From: Dehalococcoidia bacterium
Lineage (GTDB): Bacteria; Chloroflexota; Dehalococcoidia; Lucifugimonadales; JAGWBF01
NCBI GenBank assembly: GCA_965207935.1
Contig: CBDBNM010000002.1
Coordinates: 77,692-141,691, forward strand
DNA length: 64,000 bases
Direction: 5' to 3'
Below the pieces are notes generated by a model, which was not told the DNA's origin, searched no databases, and saw only the letters and a list, made by a program, of their open reading frames with translations. The position numbers and the translations under genes were made by a program. Of this stretch, positions 49,518 through 58,380 are shown piece by piece. The first letter of the stretch is position 1; every line of letters starts with the position of its first letter.

Positions 49518-49714
49518 GATATTTTTCTCCCTTCTGACTCTTCAGTTAGGCCCTGAGGCCATTCGCCAGTATCTGTCGGGCTTCGGATTCAGAAGGGCTC
49601 ACAGGATAACGCAGTCCGCTGCCCCATCGCCCTCGCGGCGCTGTGGGGTGTAGCGGACTACGCTATTCATGTCCTCCGTCATGGCATTTATCCCGAACAT
49701 GTTGTCCCCCGTGT

Positions 49715-50713
49715 TTATTCGACAGGGTTCATCCAGGGCATCATGCGCCGGAGCTCCCTGCCGACCTCCTCGATCTGGTGCTCGGTCCCGTCCTCCCGAA
49801 GCTGGAGGAAGCGCTTCCGGCCTTCGTCGTTCTCCGCCATCCACTCCCGGGCGAAGCTGCCATCCTGTATGTCCTTCAGTATCCTGCGCATATTGTCCCG
49901 GACATGGTCGTCGATGACCCTGGGTCCCCGGGTGTAGTCGCCGTACTCAGCGGTGTCGCTCACCGAGTAGCGCATGTACTTGAACCCGCCCTGGAAGATC
50001 AGGTCCACGATCAGCTTCATCTCGTGGAGGCACTCGAAGTAAGCCAGCTCTGGCTCATACCCGGCCTCCACCAGGGTCTCGAAGGCGGTCTTTATGAGGG
50101 CGGTTATGCCTCCGCAAAGGACGTTCTGCTCGCCGAACAGGTCGGTCTCCGTCTCGTCCTTGAAGGTAGTCTCAAGGACTCCGGCCCCGGTGCAGCCGAT
50201 CCCCTTGGCATAGGCCAAGGTGATGTCTTTGGCATCGCCTGTGGCATCCTGCTCGATGGCCAGCAGAGCGGGAACACCGATGCCATCCACGAACATCTCC
50301 CGCATGCGGTGACCCGGCGCCTTGGGCGCAACCATGGTCACGTTCACGTTGTTGGGAGGCACGATCTGCTTGTAGTGGATGTTGAACCCGTGCCCAAACA
50401 TCAAGGTGCTATTGGGGGCTAGGTGGGGCTCTATGGACTCCCTGTACACCCGACCCTGGATATGGTCCGGGATGAGCACCATCACCACCTGGCTGTCCTT
50501 GGTGACCTGCTCCACATCATCCACCTCCAGCCCACCATCTTGGGCCTTGGCCCGGCTGGCGCTGGTGGATGGGAGGCCCACCTTGACCTTCTGCCCGTTA
50601 TCCTTCAGGCTGAGGGCGTGGGCATGTCCCTGGCTCCCATAGCCGATGATTCCTATGGTCTTGCCCTGGAGCAGCTCCAGGTTGGCGTCCTTGTCGTAAT
50701 AGACGTTGGGCAT
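49715..50713 (-). CDS. ilvC: ketol-acid reductoisomerase
   Basis: [30 protein letters not shown] and EQNVLCGG. Confidence 0.95.
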   Translation of the reverse strand: MPNVYYDKDANLELLQGKTIGIIGYGSQGHAHALSLKDNGQKVKVGLPSTSASRAKAQDGGLEVDDVEQVTKDSQVVMVLIPDHIQGRVYRESIEPHLAPNSTLMFGHGFNIHYKQIVPPNNVNVTMVAPKAPGHRMREMFVDGIGVPALLAIEQDATGDAKDITLAYAKGIGCTGAGVLETTFKDETETDLFGEQNVLCGGITALIKTAFETLVEAGYEPELAYFECLHEMKLIVDLIFQGGFKYMRYSVSDTAEYGDYTRGPRVIDDHVRDNMRRILKDIQDGSFAREWMAENDEGRKRFLQLREDGTEHQIEEVGRELRRMMPWMNPVE

Positions 50714-50725
50714 GCTAGTAGCACC

Positions 50726-51307
50726 TCATCCGAATGGCACCTGGCTCTGCTCGTGCTCGGCGCCGTTTCTCATTGGAGTGGGCATATCGCCCCTGGGTCG
50801 TTCGGCCCTGGTTTCCCCTGCGCTGCGGGCCATCGCGATGCGCCCGGTACGCATCACTTCCCGGATCCCGAAGGGGCGCAGGAGATTGTACATAGCATCA
50901 ATCTTGTCTTCACCGCTGGTGATCTCGATGATGAGGGAATTGGGCCCGACATCGACGATGTTGGCCCGGAAGATGTTCACAAGCTGGATGATCTCGCTGC
51001 GGGTTGCCGGAGTGGCCCTAACCTTAATCAGCGCCACTTCCCGGGCGACGATCTCTTCCTCCACCAGCTCCGACACCTTTACTACCTCAATGAGCTTGTT
51101 GAGCTGCTTGGTGACCTGCTCCATGGTGGCGATGTCGCCCTCGACCACGAAGGTCATGCGGGACAGGTTGGGCTGCTCGCTCTGGCCGACCGCGAGGCTG
51201 GCGATGTTGAATCCCCGCCGGCGGAAAAGGCTGGACACCCGGTTCAGGACGCCGGGCTGGTCCTGCACCAGCGCAACTATGGTATGGCGTTCCGTTGCAC
51301 CGCTCAT
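50726..51307 (-). CDS. ilvN: acetolactate synthase small (regulatory, ACT) subunit
   Basis: HTIVALVQDQPGVLNRVSSLFRRRGFNIASLAVG. It has a 4-nt overlap with ilvB. Confidence 0.9.
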   Translation of the reverse strand: MSGATERHTIVALVQDQPGVLNRVSSLFRRRGFNIASLAVGQSEQPNLSRMTFVVEGDIATMEQVTKQLNKLIEVVKVSELVEEEIVAREVALIKVRATPATRSEIIQLVNIFRANIVDVGPNSLIIEITSGEDKIDAMYNLLRPFGIREVMRTGRIAMARSAGETRAERPRGDMPTPMRNGAEHEQSQVPFG

Positions 51308-53025
51308 GTTGCTATCCCTTCGTTGCTGGCTTGGAAGGCATGTTGCTGGCCCGGCTCCTCCAGCATCTCGGCCAAGCTCTCTCCCGCCGGGATCATGGGG
51401 AACACGTTCTCTTCAGGCTCGACCAAAAAGTCCACTACGACCGGCCCCGGCTCCATCATCGCCTGCCGTATGGACGACTCCACCTGGGACTTGTCGGTTA
51501 CCCGGATTCCGGGGATCCCGTAGGCCTCGGCCAGCTTCACAAAGTCCGGGTTGGCGGAGTAGCTGGTGGCTGTATATACCTTGTCGTAGAAGAAGTCCTG
51601 CCACTGGCGCACCATGCCCAGGTAGCCGTTGTTCATGATGGCGAACTTGACGTCGATGTTGTTCTCCACGCAGGTTGCCAAGTCGCACAGGGTCATCTGG
51701 AACCCGCCGTCCCCGGCGATTGACCAGACCACCTTGTCCGGGGCACCCACCTTTGCGCCCATGGCCGCCGGCACCTCGAACCCCATTGCGCCCAAGCCGC
51801 CGGAGGTTATCAGGCTGTTGGGGTTCTTGAAACGGCAGTGCTGGGCCGCCCACATCTGGTGCTGGCCCACGCCCGTTACCACCAGGGCGCTGCCGTCGGT
51901 CACCTCGGACAGGGTGCGCAGGATGTACTGGGGGAGCATCTGGTCCGTCTCCCGTATCTTGTGGGAGGGATGCTCCGCCCGCATATCTTCGACTTGCTGG
52001 ACCCACTCGGGGTGCACCGTTGCCTGAACATGGGGAAGCAGGGCCTGCAGCACCCGCTTCAAGTCGCCCACGATGGGAACCGTGGCCTTCACGTTCTTGC
52101 TGATCTCCGACGGATCGACGTCGATGTGGACGACTTTGGCGTTCGGGGCGAAGTCGGACAGCCGGCCCGTCACCCTGTCGTCAAAGCGCATACCCAGGGA
52201 GATGAGCAGGTCTGCCTCGTTTATGGCCATGCTGGCGTATGCCATCCCGTGCATCCCGGGCATTCCCACGTTCAGGAAGTGGTCCGAGGGGAAGGAGCTT
52301 ATGCCAAGCAGGGTCGTAACCACCGGAATCTGGGCCCTTTCCGCCAACTCCTGAACTTCTTCGTAGGCCCGGGAGATGATGATGCCGTGCCCTGCCAGTA
52401 TCAGCGGGCGTTTGGCCTCGGCGATGAGCTGGGCAGCCTTCTGTATCTGCGAGGGGTGCCCGTCCATAGTCGGCTTGTAACCCGGCAGGTCCACGTCGTC
52501 GGGATAGGAGAACTCGGCCTGCTCGTTGAGCAGGACATCCTTGGGGATATCGATGAGCACGGGGCCGGGCCTGCCGGTGCTGGCAATGTAGAAGGCATTC
52601 TTGATCGCCTGGGGTATCTCCGCCGCCGACATGACCAGGTAGTTGTGCTTGGTGACCGGGAGGGTGATGCCCGTCATGTCCGTTTCCTGGAAGGCGTCCT
52701 TGCCGATGGCGGCCCTGGGCACCTGGCCCGTGATGGCTACGATGGGGATTGAGTCCATCTGGGCAGAGGCGATGCCCGTAACCAGGTTGGTCGCCCCGGG
52801 GCCTGAGGTGGCCATGCACACGCCCACCTTGCCCGTAACCCTGGCGTAGCCGTCGGCTGCCATGGCGGCCGCCTGTTCATGGCGTACCAGTATGTGGCGC
52901 AGCTGGGGGTATTCGGGCATGGCCCCGTACAAGGGCAGGATCGCCCCGCCGGGTATGCCGAAAGCCACCTCTACGTTCTCCCGGAGGAGACTCTCGCAGA
53001 CTATCTGGGCACCTGTCAGCTTCAT
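51304..53025 (-). CDS. ilvB: acetolactate synthase large (catalytic, ThDP) subunit
   Basis: MKLTGAQIVCESL..., GPGATNLVTG and GLGAMGFEVPAAMGA...GDGGFQM. Start placed at ATG 53025. The 24 upstream codons of the tracked ORF overlie the T-box terminator. Confidence 0.9.
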   Translation of the reverse strand: MKLTGAQIVCESLLRENVEVAFGIPGGAILPLYGAMPEYPQLRHILVRHEQAAAMAADGYARVTGKVGVCMATSGPGATNLVTGIASAQMDSIPIVAITGQVPRAAIGKDAFQETDMTGITLPVTKHNYLVMSAAEIPQAIKNAFYIASTGRPGPVLIDIPKDVLLNEQAEFSYPDDVDLPGYKPTMDGHPSQIQKAAQLIAEAKRPLILAGHGIIISRAYEEVQELAERAQIPVVTTLLGISSFPSDHFLNVGMPGMHGMAYASMAINEADLLISLGMRFDDRVTGRLSDFAPNAKVVHIDVDPSEISKNVKATVPIVGDLKRVLQALLPHVQATVHPEWVQQVEDMRAEHPSHKIRETDQMLPQYILRTLSEVTDGSALVVTGVGQHQMWAAQHCRFKNPNSLITSGGLGAMGFEVPAAMGAKVGAPDKVVWSIAGDGGFQMTLCDLATCVENNIDVKFAIMNNGYLGMVRQWQDFFYDKVYTATSYSANPDFVKLAEAYGIPGIRVTDKSQVESSIRQAMMEPGPVVVDFLVEPEENVFPMIPAGESLAEMLEEPGQQHAFQASNEGIAT

Positions 53026-53039
53026 TATGTAACCTCGCT

Positions 53040-53305
53040 GCGCCTGATAAAAAACGACCCGTCCTACAAAGGGACGGGTCGTCTCCCGCGGTACCACCCT
53101 TATTCTCGGTGATGTAAATCACCAGAGCACCTCTGTGACATTAACGGCGTCGACCGCCCTTCCCTACGCTGTAGCCGGAATCCCGGTACGTTCAGGAGGG
53201 CCGCTCCGGGGCGAGTTGGGGATTTCGCTGCCGCCGGCCTTCCACCTGTGGCCGGCTCTCTGGGGGCGCTATATCCCTACTACTCCCCTTCAGGCGCGGT
53301 ACTAT
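53040..53305 (-). promoter_or_regulatory. T-box riboswitch leader of the ilvBNC-leuACD operon
   Basis: The minus strand contains AGGGTGGTACCGCGGGAGAC (the conserved T-box sequence, 53081-53100). It overlaps the 5' arm of a strong terminator, GACGACCCGTCCC-TTTGTA-GGGACGGGTCGTTTTTTAT. Upstream are an AGAGA box and a GGTGGAA distal motif. Candidate specifier codons are CUC (Leu) or AUC (Ile) within GCGAAATCCCCAACTCGCC. Confidence 0.7.
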
Positions 53306-53418
53306 TGACTTGCTTGTACAATTCTAAGCATCCGACGAAGATTTGTAAAGGGTTACAGGTAGTGATTCATCTGTTCTGGACGCCGGCCGCAGGGCCGGCG
53401 CCCGCAAGTTATCGATAG

Positions 53419-54315
53419 ATGTATTGGATCATGGCTGCCCTGGGCAGCTCAGCGATTTTCGGCTGGATGAACATCGCAGACCGCATCCTGCTCAGCCGTC
53501 ATTTCCCCATAGTGTCCGTCTTCTTCATCTGGGAAGGCACGTTCCTCGCCACCTCGGGGACTACGGTGCTGCTTATCGCAGGCATCCCCGACTCGGGCGA
53601 GGGCATCCTGCTGGGGTACCTGTCGGGCCTTATCTGGGGAGCAGGCCTGATGTGCGTGTTCCTTGGGTTCCGCATCGAGGAGGCCTCCCGGGCTGTGGCC
53701 ATCTACCAGACCTTCCCCGTGTTCGTAGCCATCCTGGCGCTGATCTTCCTTGACGAGGTTCTCAACGCAGGACAGTGGGTGGGCATCCTGGCTGTGGTGG
53801 TGGGGGCGGTTATCATCTCCTTCCGGGGTTCGTTAGGGTCCGGCCTGATAAGGTTCAACCGCGCCCTGCCGGTGCTGTTGGCCTCCAGTTTTCTCATAGC
53901 CCTCGGCTTGCTTATCAGCAAGCCCGCCCTGGACCTGATGCCCGTCTATGACGTTTTCATCTTCCGCGCCCTGGGTATGGCGTCCGTCTTCCTGCTGTTT
54001 TTCCGCCCCCGCCACGTGTCGAGCCTCCGCGACTCCCTCAAGAAGAAGCGGGTCATGGGGCTGTTCGTGATGGCTGAGCTGGTCGGCAGCAACATAGCCC
54101 TGTCCATGGTGCTCATTGCCACCGACCTTGGCCCCGTCTCCCTGGTGTCGTCGCTGATGGCTACCAGACCCCTGTTCGTCTTTGCCTACAGCACCGCCTT
54201 AAGCACACCGAGGCTGAACGTGCTGGACGAGCCGCTGAAGAAAGAGGTGCTCCTGCAGAAGTCCGTCGCCGTCGCCGCCATCATAGGGGGCGTGTGCATG
54301 GTCAGCCTGTGGTAG
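53419..54315 (+). CDS. EamA/DMT-family transporter
   Basis: 298 aa with about 10 TM segments in two EamA-like halves. Confidence 0.7.
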   Translation: MYWIMAALGSSAIFGWMNIADRILLSRHFPIVSVFFIWEGTFLATSGTTVLLIAGIPDSGEGILLGYLSGLIWGAGLMCVFLGFRIEEASRAVAIYQTFPVFVAILALIFLDEVLNAGQWVGILAVVVGAVIISFRGSLGSGLIRFNRALPVLLASSFLIALGLLISKPALDLMPVYDVFIFRALGMASVFLLFFRPRHVSSLRDSLKKKRVMGLFVMAELVGSNIALSMVLIATDLGPVSLVSSLMATRPLFVFAYSTALSTPRLNVLDEPLKKEVLLQKSVAVAAIIGGVCMVSLW

Positions 54316-54319
54316 GTAC

Positions 54320-54420
54320 CCCCTCATCCTAACCTTCTCCCACCAGGGGAGAAGGAACAGATATTCCCCCTCTCCCTTGAGGGAGAGGGCTGGGGTGAGG
54401 GCGAATCCACGCCAAGTCGA
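54320..54420. repeat. REP-like palindromic elements (CCTTCTCCC-N5-GGGAGAAGG; CCCTCTCCC-TTGA-GGGAGAGGG followed by CTGGGGTGAGGG)
   Basis: Hairpins seen directly in the sequence. A related CCCTCACCCTAACCCCTCTCCCC copy lies at 57861-57885. Confidence 0.45.
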
Positions 54421-54529
54421 GGCAGCACCGATGCTGAAAAACGGTCCTTGCAAAACGTTCTCTTTGGTGGTCCACTGGTCCGACCAATTCAGACTCTAGA
54501 ACGCATACCGTATTGGGGCGGGACCGCTG

Positions 54530-55438
54530 ATGGGTGTGGACTATTTGGACGCTGTCATTCAAGGGTACTGTGAAGAAGTTCTTCAGGATGTCCCAGACGA
54601 CACAGTCGATTTAATCATTACCTCTCCTCCCTATGCAGACCAACGCAAGAGCACCTACGGTGGCATCCACCCGAATCAATACGTCGAGTGGTTCATGCCC
54701 AAGGCTGACCAGTTCTATCGAGTTTTGAAACCCACCGGGACCTTTGTGCTCAACATCAAAGAAAGGGTAGTCAACGGTGAGCGCCACACATACGTGATGG
54801 AGTTGGTACTCGAGATGCGAAGGAGGGGCTGGCTCTGGACCGAGGAGTTCATGTGGCACAAGAAGAACTCCTACCCTGGTAAGTGGCCCAATCGTTTCCG
54901 AGATAACTGGGAACGCTTACTCCAGTTCAACAAGCAACGAAAGTTCCAGATGAACCAGGAAGCCGTAATGGTTCCGGTTGGAGACTGGTCAAAAACCAGG
55001 CTTGCCAATCTCAGTGAAACCGACTGTACGAGGGACGAATCTCGAGTCGGAAGTGGGTTCGGAAAGAACGTGTCCCATTGGGTAGGCCGCGATATGGTTT
55101 ATCCCAATAACGTGATTCACATCGCTACCGAGTCTTCCAATAAGCAACACAGTGCCGTATTTCCGGTTGGATTGCCGAGGTGGTTCATTAAGCTATTCAC
55201 TATGCCCGGCGATACGGTGCTTGACCCTTTCGTGGGTTCAGGCAGTACGCTACTCGCCGCAATCGAGCAGGGGAGGCACTACATTGGCATAGATGTGAAC
55301 GCAGACTATGTTCAACTCTGCAATGAGCGCATAAGAGATGCACAAATCCAGCTGCCCGGCGTCTTAGAACGGAAGGCCCGATACGCTACAACAACTACTT
55401 CCGAAGAGGTTGATGACGATGGAACCTCTAGACCTTAA
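54530..55438 (+). CDS. DNA methyltransferase, beta-class N4-cytosine/N6-adenine (motif IV before motif I)
   Basis: DLIITSPPYADQRK (SPPY) is N-terminal and VLDPFVGSGSTLLAA is C-terminal. The gene is visibly more AT-rich than its neighbours. Confidence 0.85.
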   Translation: MGVDYLDAVIQGYCEEVLQDVPDDTVDLIITSPPYADQRKSTYGGIHPNQYVEWFMPKADQFYRVLKPTGTFVLNIKERVVNGERHTYVMELVLEMRRRGWLWTEEFMWHKKNSYPGKWPNRFRDNWERLLQFNKQRKFQMNQEAVMVPVGDWSKTRLANLSETDCTRDESRVGSGFGKNVSHWVGRDMVYPNNVIHIATESSNKQHSAVFPVGLPRWFIKLFTMPGDTVLDPFVGSGSTLLAAIEQGRHYIGIDVNADYVQLCNERIRDAQIQLPGVLERKARYATTTTSEEVDDDGTSRP

Positions 55439-56177
55439 GATAGTTGAAGCATGGGTTAACGAGAACATCGTTAAGTTCCACAATAGGAAGCTGAGGTCAA
55501 TTGAAAGCCTAAGGCTATTCAAACTATTGCAGAAGAACCCTTACCTGTTTAAGGCCAAGAATATCGCAAGAGCTGGCGACCTAGTTGACGGTTTCCTTGA
55601 CGCCTTTCTATCGTCGTCCGAAGAAAAGCTGTTCGGAGATTTCTTGGAGGGCCTCGCCATATTCGTTGCCGAGCGAACTTCCAACGGCCACAAGTCGACC
55701 GCTCCCGGAGTCGATCTGGAATTCTTCAACAACAATGTCCACCATGTCGTGTCGGTAAAGTCAGGAACCAATTGGGGCAACAGCTCCCAGCATAGCAAAT
55801 TGGCCCAGGACTTAAGCACCGCCGTCATTAGAGTTAAGCAATCCAACCAGGCTGTAAAAGTAGAGTCGGTTCTCGGAATCTGTTACGGCAAAACCAAGAC
55901 TGCCTATCACAAATCAGGATATCTGAAGGTCGTTGGGCAGAACTTCTGGCACCTCATCAGCGAGAACAAAGACTTATACATCGACATTATTGAACCCATA
56001 GGATACGAGGCCCAGAAACACAATGATGAGTTCGCCAAGAAGAAGGCGGATGTAGCCAATCTGCTAACTAGGGAATTCACCAACGTGTTCTGTGACAAGA
56101 GCGGGGCGATTGATTGGCCAAAACTAGTGAAATCAAACAGTGGCAATTACGATACCGACAAGTTCTGGCAGAAGTAA
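55410..56177 (+). CDS. putative type II restriction endonuclease (PD-(D/E)xK)
   Basis: It overlaps the methyltransferase 3' end by 29 nt. GVDLEF...VVSVKSGTNWGNSSQ gives D-x-E...S-x-K. AT-rich. The family assignment is not certain. Confidence 0.5.
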   Translation: MMTMEPLDLKIVEAWVNENIVKFHNRKLRSIESLRLFKLLQKNPYLFKAKNIARAGDLVDGFLDAFLSSSEEKLFGDFLEGLAIFVAERTSNGHKSTAPGVDLEFFNNNVHHVVSVKSGTNWGNSSQHSKLAQDLSTAVIRVKQSNQAVKVESVLGICYGKTKTAYHKSGYLKVVGQNFWHLISENKDLYIDIIEPIGYEAQKHNDEFAKKKADVANLLTREFTNVFCDKSGAIDWPKLVKSNSGNYDTDKFWQK

Positions 56178-56198
56178 GCCAGAGAAGAAGGTGCGACG

Positions 56199-57251
56199 AT
56201 GACCTATGAGACGGGGGCGCTGATGTCCGGGCGGGTGGATGCCGACGGCATCGAAGATGCCATGGAGATGTGCTACACCAAGGGCTGGACCGACGGCCTG
56301 CCCGTAGTGCCTCCCACCGAGGAGAAGGTCGCGCGCTTCCTGGAGATGGCCGACCGGCGGGCCTCGGACGTCATCGGCGTCGAGCCTGTCCGCGGGAGGG
56401 TCATCACCGCCGAGAAGGTGGCCATCAATGCCGTGATGGCTGGCTGCCTGCCCGATTATATGCCTGTGGTCATGGCAGCAGTGGAGTGCATGGTGCAGCC
56501 CCAGTACAACCTTCACGGCAGCTCGGCCAGCACCGGAGGCTCCGCTCCCCTGATCGTGGTCAATGGCCCGGTGCGCCACCGCCTTGGATTCGCCAGCAGC
56601 CACAACATCTTCGGCCCCGGACCTGACCGCAGGGCCAACGCCACCGTGGGCCGGGCTGTGCGCCTCCTCCTCATCAACGTGCTGGAGAACCACCCCGGCG
56701 TGCTGGACCGCTCCACCCTGGGGCACCCGGGCAAGTACACCTACTGCATCGCCGAGGATGAGGAGAACAGCCCCTGGGAGCCCCTGCACGTGGAGCGGGG
56801 CTTCGCCCCCGACGCCAGCACCGTAACCCTGTTCACATCCCTGGGGCCGACCCAGCTTGAGTCCCGGCCCGCAGGCACCGCCGAGGCGATGCTGACAGGG
56901 GCCATCGACAGCATGATGGGCTTCGGGCATGGACACAATGAGCTGCTGATGATGGTGTCCCAGGAGCACGGAGGCTTCTTCAGAGCGGCCGGCTGGGACA
57001 AGGCCCAGGTGCGTGAGTTCGTGCACCAGCGAGCAAGACGCACGGCCACCGACTGGGCCGGTGTCTATAAGGGCGAGGTGCCCCCGGCAGGCTCGGAGGA
57101 TGTTATGGTGCCCGTGCTGCTGCGCCCCGAGTCCCTGGTGCTCCTGGCGGGAGGCGGGCCGGGCGGGCCCTGGTCATGCCTGGTACCCCGGTGGTCCAAG
57201 GGGGTCGGCTCCTACTCAGTAAGCCAGGAAATCGATATGCGGAACCTGTAG
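56199..57251 (+). CDS. conserved hypothetical protein upstream of the UGSC selenoprotein
   Basis: 350 aa with protein-like composition (MCYTKGWTDGLPVVPPTEEKV..., NLHGSSASTGGSAPLIVVNGP). No family was recognised. Confidence 0.5.
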   Translation: MTYETGALMSGRVDADGIEDAMEMCYTKGWTDGLPVVPPTEEKVARFLEMADRRASDVIGVEPVRGRVITAEKVAINAVMAGCLPDYMPVVMAAVECMVQPQYNLHGSSASTGGSAPLIVVNGPVRHRLGFASSHNIFGPGPDRRANATVGRAVRLLLINVLENHPGVLDRSTLGHPGKYTYCIAEDEENSPWEPLHVERGFAPDASTVTLFTSLGPTQLESRPAGTAEAMLTGAIDSMMGFGHGHNELLMMVSQEHGGFFRAAGWDKAQVREFVHQRARRTATDWAGVYKGEVPPAGSEDVMVPVLLRPESLVLLAGGGPGGPWSCLVPRWSKGVGSYSVSQEIDMRNL

Positions 57252-57316
57252 CAAATAACCCATCCCGGGGGTGTCTCCGGTGGTATAATGACGCCAACTT
57301 GATAGGAGAGTGCCGC

Positions 57317-57859
57317 ATGGTCACCGAAGCAACGGAGTTAACGTTCCTGGACCCAACAGTGGAAGCCATGCCCGACCGCACCAACATGGCTCCCCGCCCC
57401 GCCAACCTGGACGGCGCCATGGTCGGCCTCCTGGCCAATGGCAAGCGCAACGCCGATAAGCTGCTGGAGGCGGTGTACACCCTGCTGGATGAGCGCTACG
57501 AGCTGAAGGGCGCCGTCCGGGTTAACAAGGGGGATGCCTCCCGACCCGCCCCAGATCCGGTGGTGGAAGAGCTTCTCCGGAAGTGCGACCTGGTGATTAC
57601 CGCGACAGGTGATTGAGGGTCCTGCAGCTCGTGCAGTGTGCACGACGCAATCACAGTTGAGAAGGCTGGCAAGCCGGCGGCGGCCATATGCACCGAGCCC
57701 TTCGTCCCCACGGGGCGTTCCATCGCCAAGATACGTGGAATCGACGGCTATCCCTTCGCCGTAGTGACCCATCCGGTGGGAAGCGTGGAGGATGCGGTGG
57801 TGATGGAGCGGGCGCACCAAGCCCTGCCACGGGTGCTGGAAATACTGCTGGCTAAGTAG
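57317..57859 (+). CDS. UGSC-family selenoprotein (in-frame UGA at 57614-57616 read as selenocysteine)
   Basis: ORFs 57176..57616 and 57638..57859 are in the same frame, separated only by TGA. The joined sequence reads ...LVITATGD-U-GSCSSCSVHDAITVEKAGKPAAAICTEPF..., that is, a U-G-S-C motif. The start ATG at 57317 is preceded by GGAGAG. Confidence 0.65.
57629..57645 (+). promoter_or_regulatory. SECIS-like hairpin 13 nt downstream of the UGA
   Basis: UCGUGCA-GUG-UGCACGA forms a 7-bp stem with a G/U-containing triloop. Its position is comparable to bacterial SECIS elements. Confidence 0.4.
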
Positions 57860-58380
57860 GCCCTCACCCTAACCCCTCTCCCCGCTTCAACTGCTTCACT
57901 CTCGTTTTCGCGGGAGTCCACGCCCCAGAGCCTGTTCTGTCCGTTCCCCTTCGATTTCCCTCAGGGCGAACGGACGGAGGGGAATGACAAGAGGCTAACC
58001 GTCATTGCAGCGGATGCCGCAATCCAGGAAACTCCGAGACTGCTGCAGGCTGACCACTGCGGCGCCTCTTAGTTGATGGAGCCATCCCGAAAGCCGGCAA
58101 TGCTCCGTCCTAGATTGCGGCCTTCGCCGCAATGACGATTGTCCTTGTAATCACGAAATGCGCGGCCGCCTTGCGGTGCCCCTAGTTTGTGGGTTCGTCC
58201 TGAGGGAAATCGAAGGACGAACCGACAAGGAGGACGCCGGTCCAGGGCCTCAGGAAGGCGGGCCATGAAGGAACCTTGCCCGTCATTGCGGTCTACGCAC
58301 CGCCCGCCCTGGCGCACTCCCCGTTCGCCCTGGGGGAAATCGAAGGGGAACGGACAGCTATTGCTGCGCCGAGGAGGGAG
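57860..58380. repeat. cluster of REP-like intergenic repeats
   Basis: Three copies of the unit CGTTCGCCCTGAGGGAAATCGAAGGGGAACGG: one inverted near 57941-57975 and two direct near 58194-58226 and 58321-58354. Three copies of the CGTCATTGC(A/G)GCGG..GCCGCAATCC-type unit lie near 57999-58030, 58105-58135 and 58279-58300. Confidence 0.5.

Noticed and set aside
56133-57026. 297-aa ORF antisense to the 56199..57251 gene
   Set aside because: It has His/Gly/Ala/Arg-rich composition with no motifs. The sense ORF is more protein-like and is followed by the selenoprotein gene.
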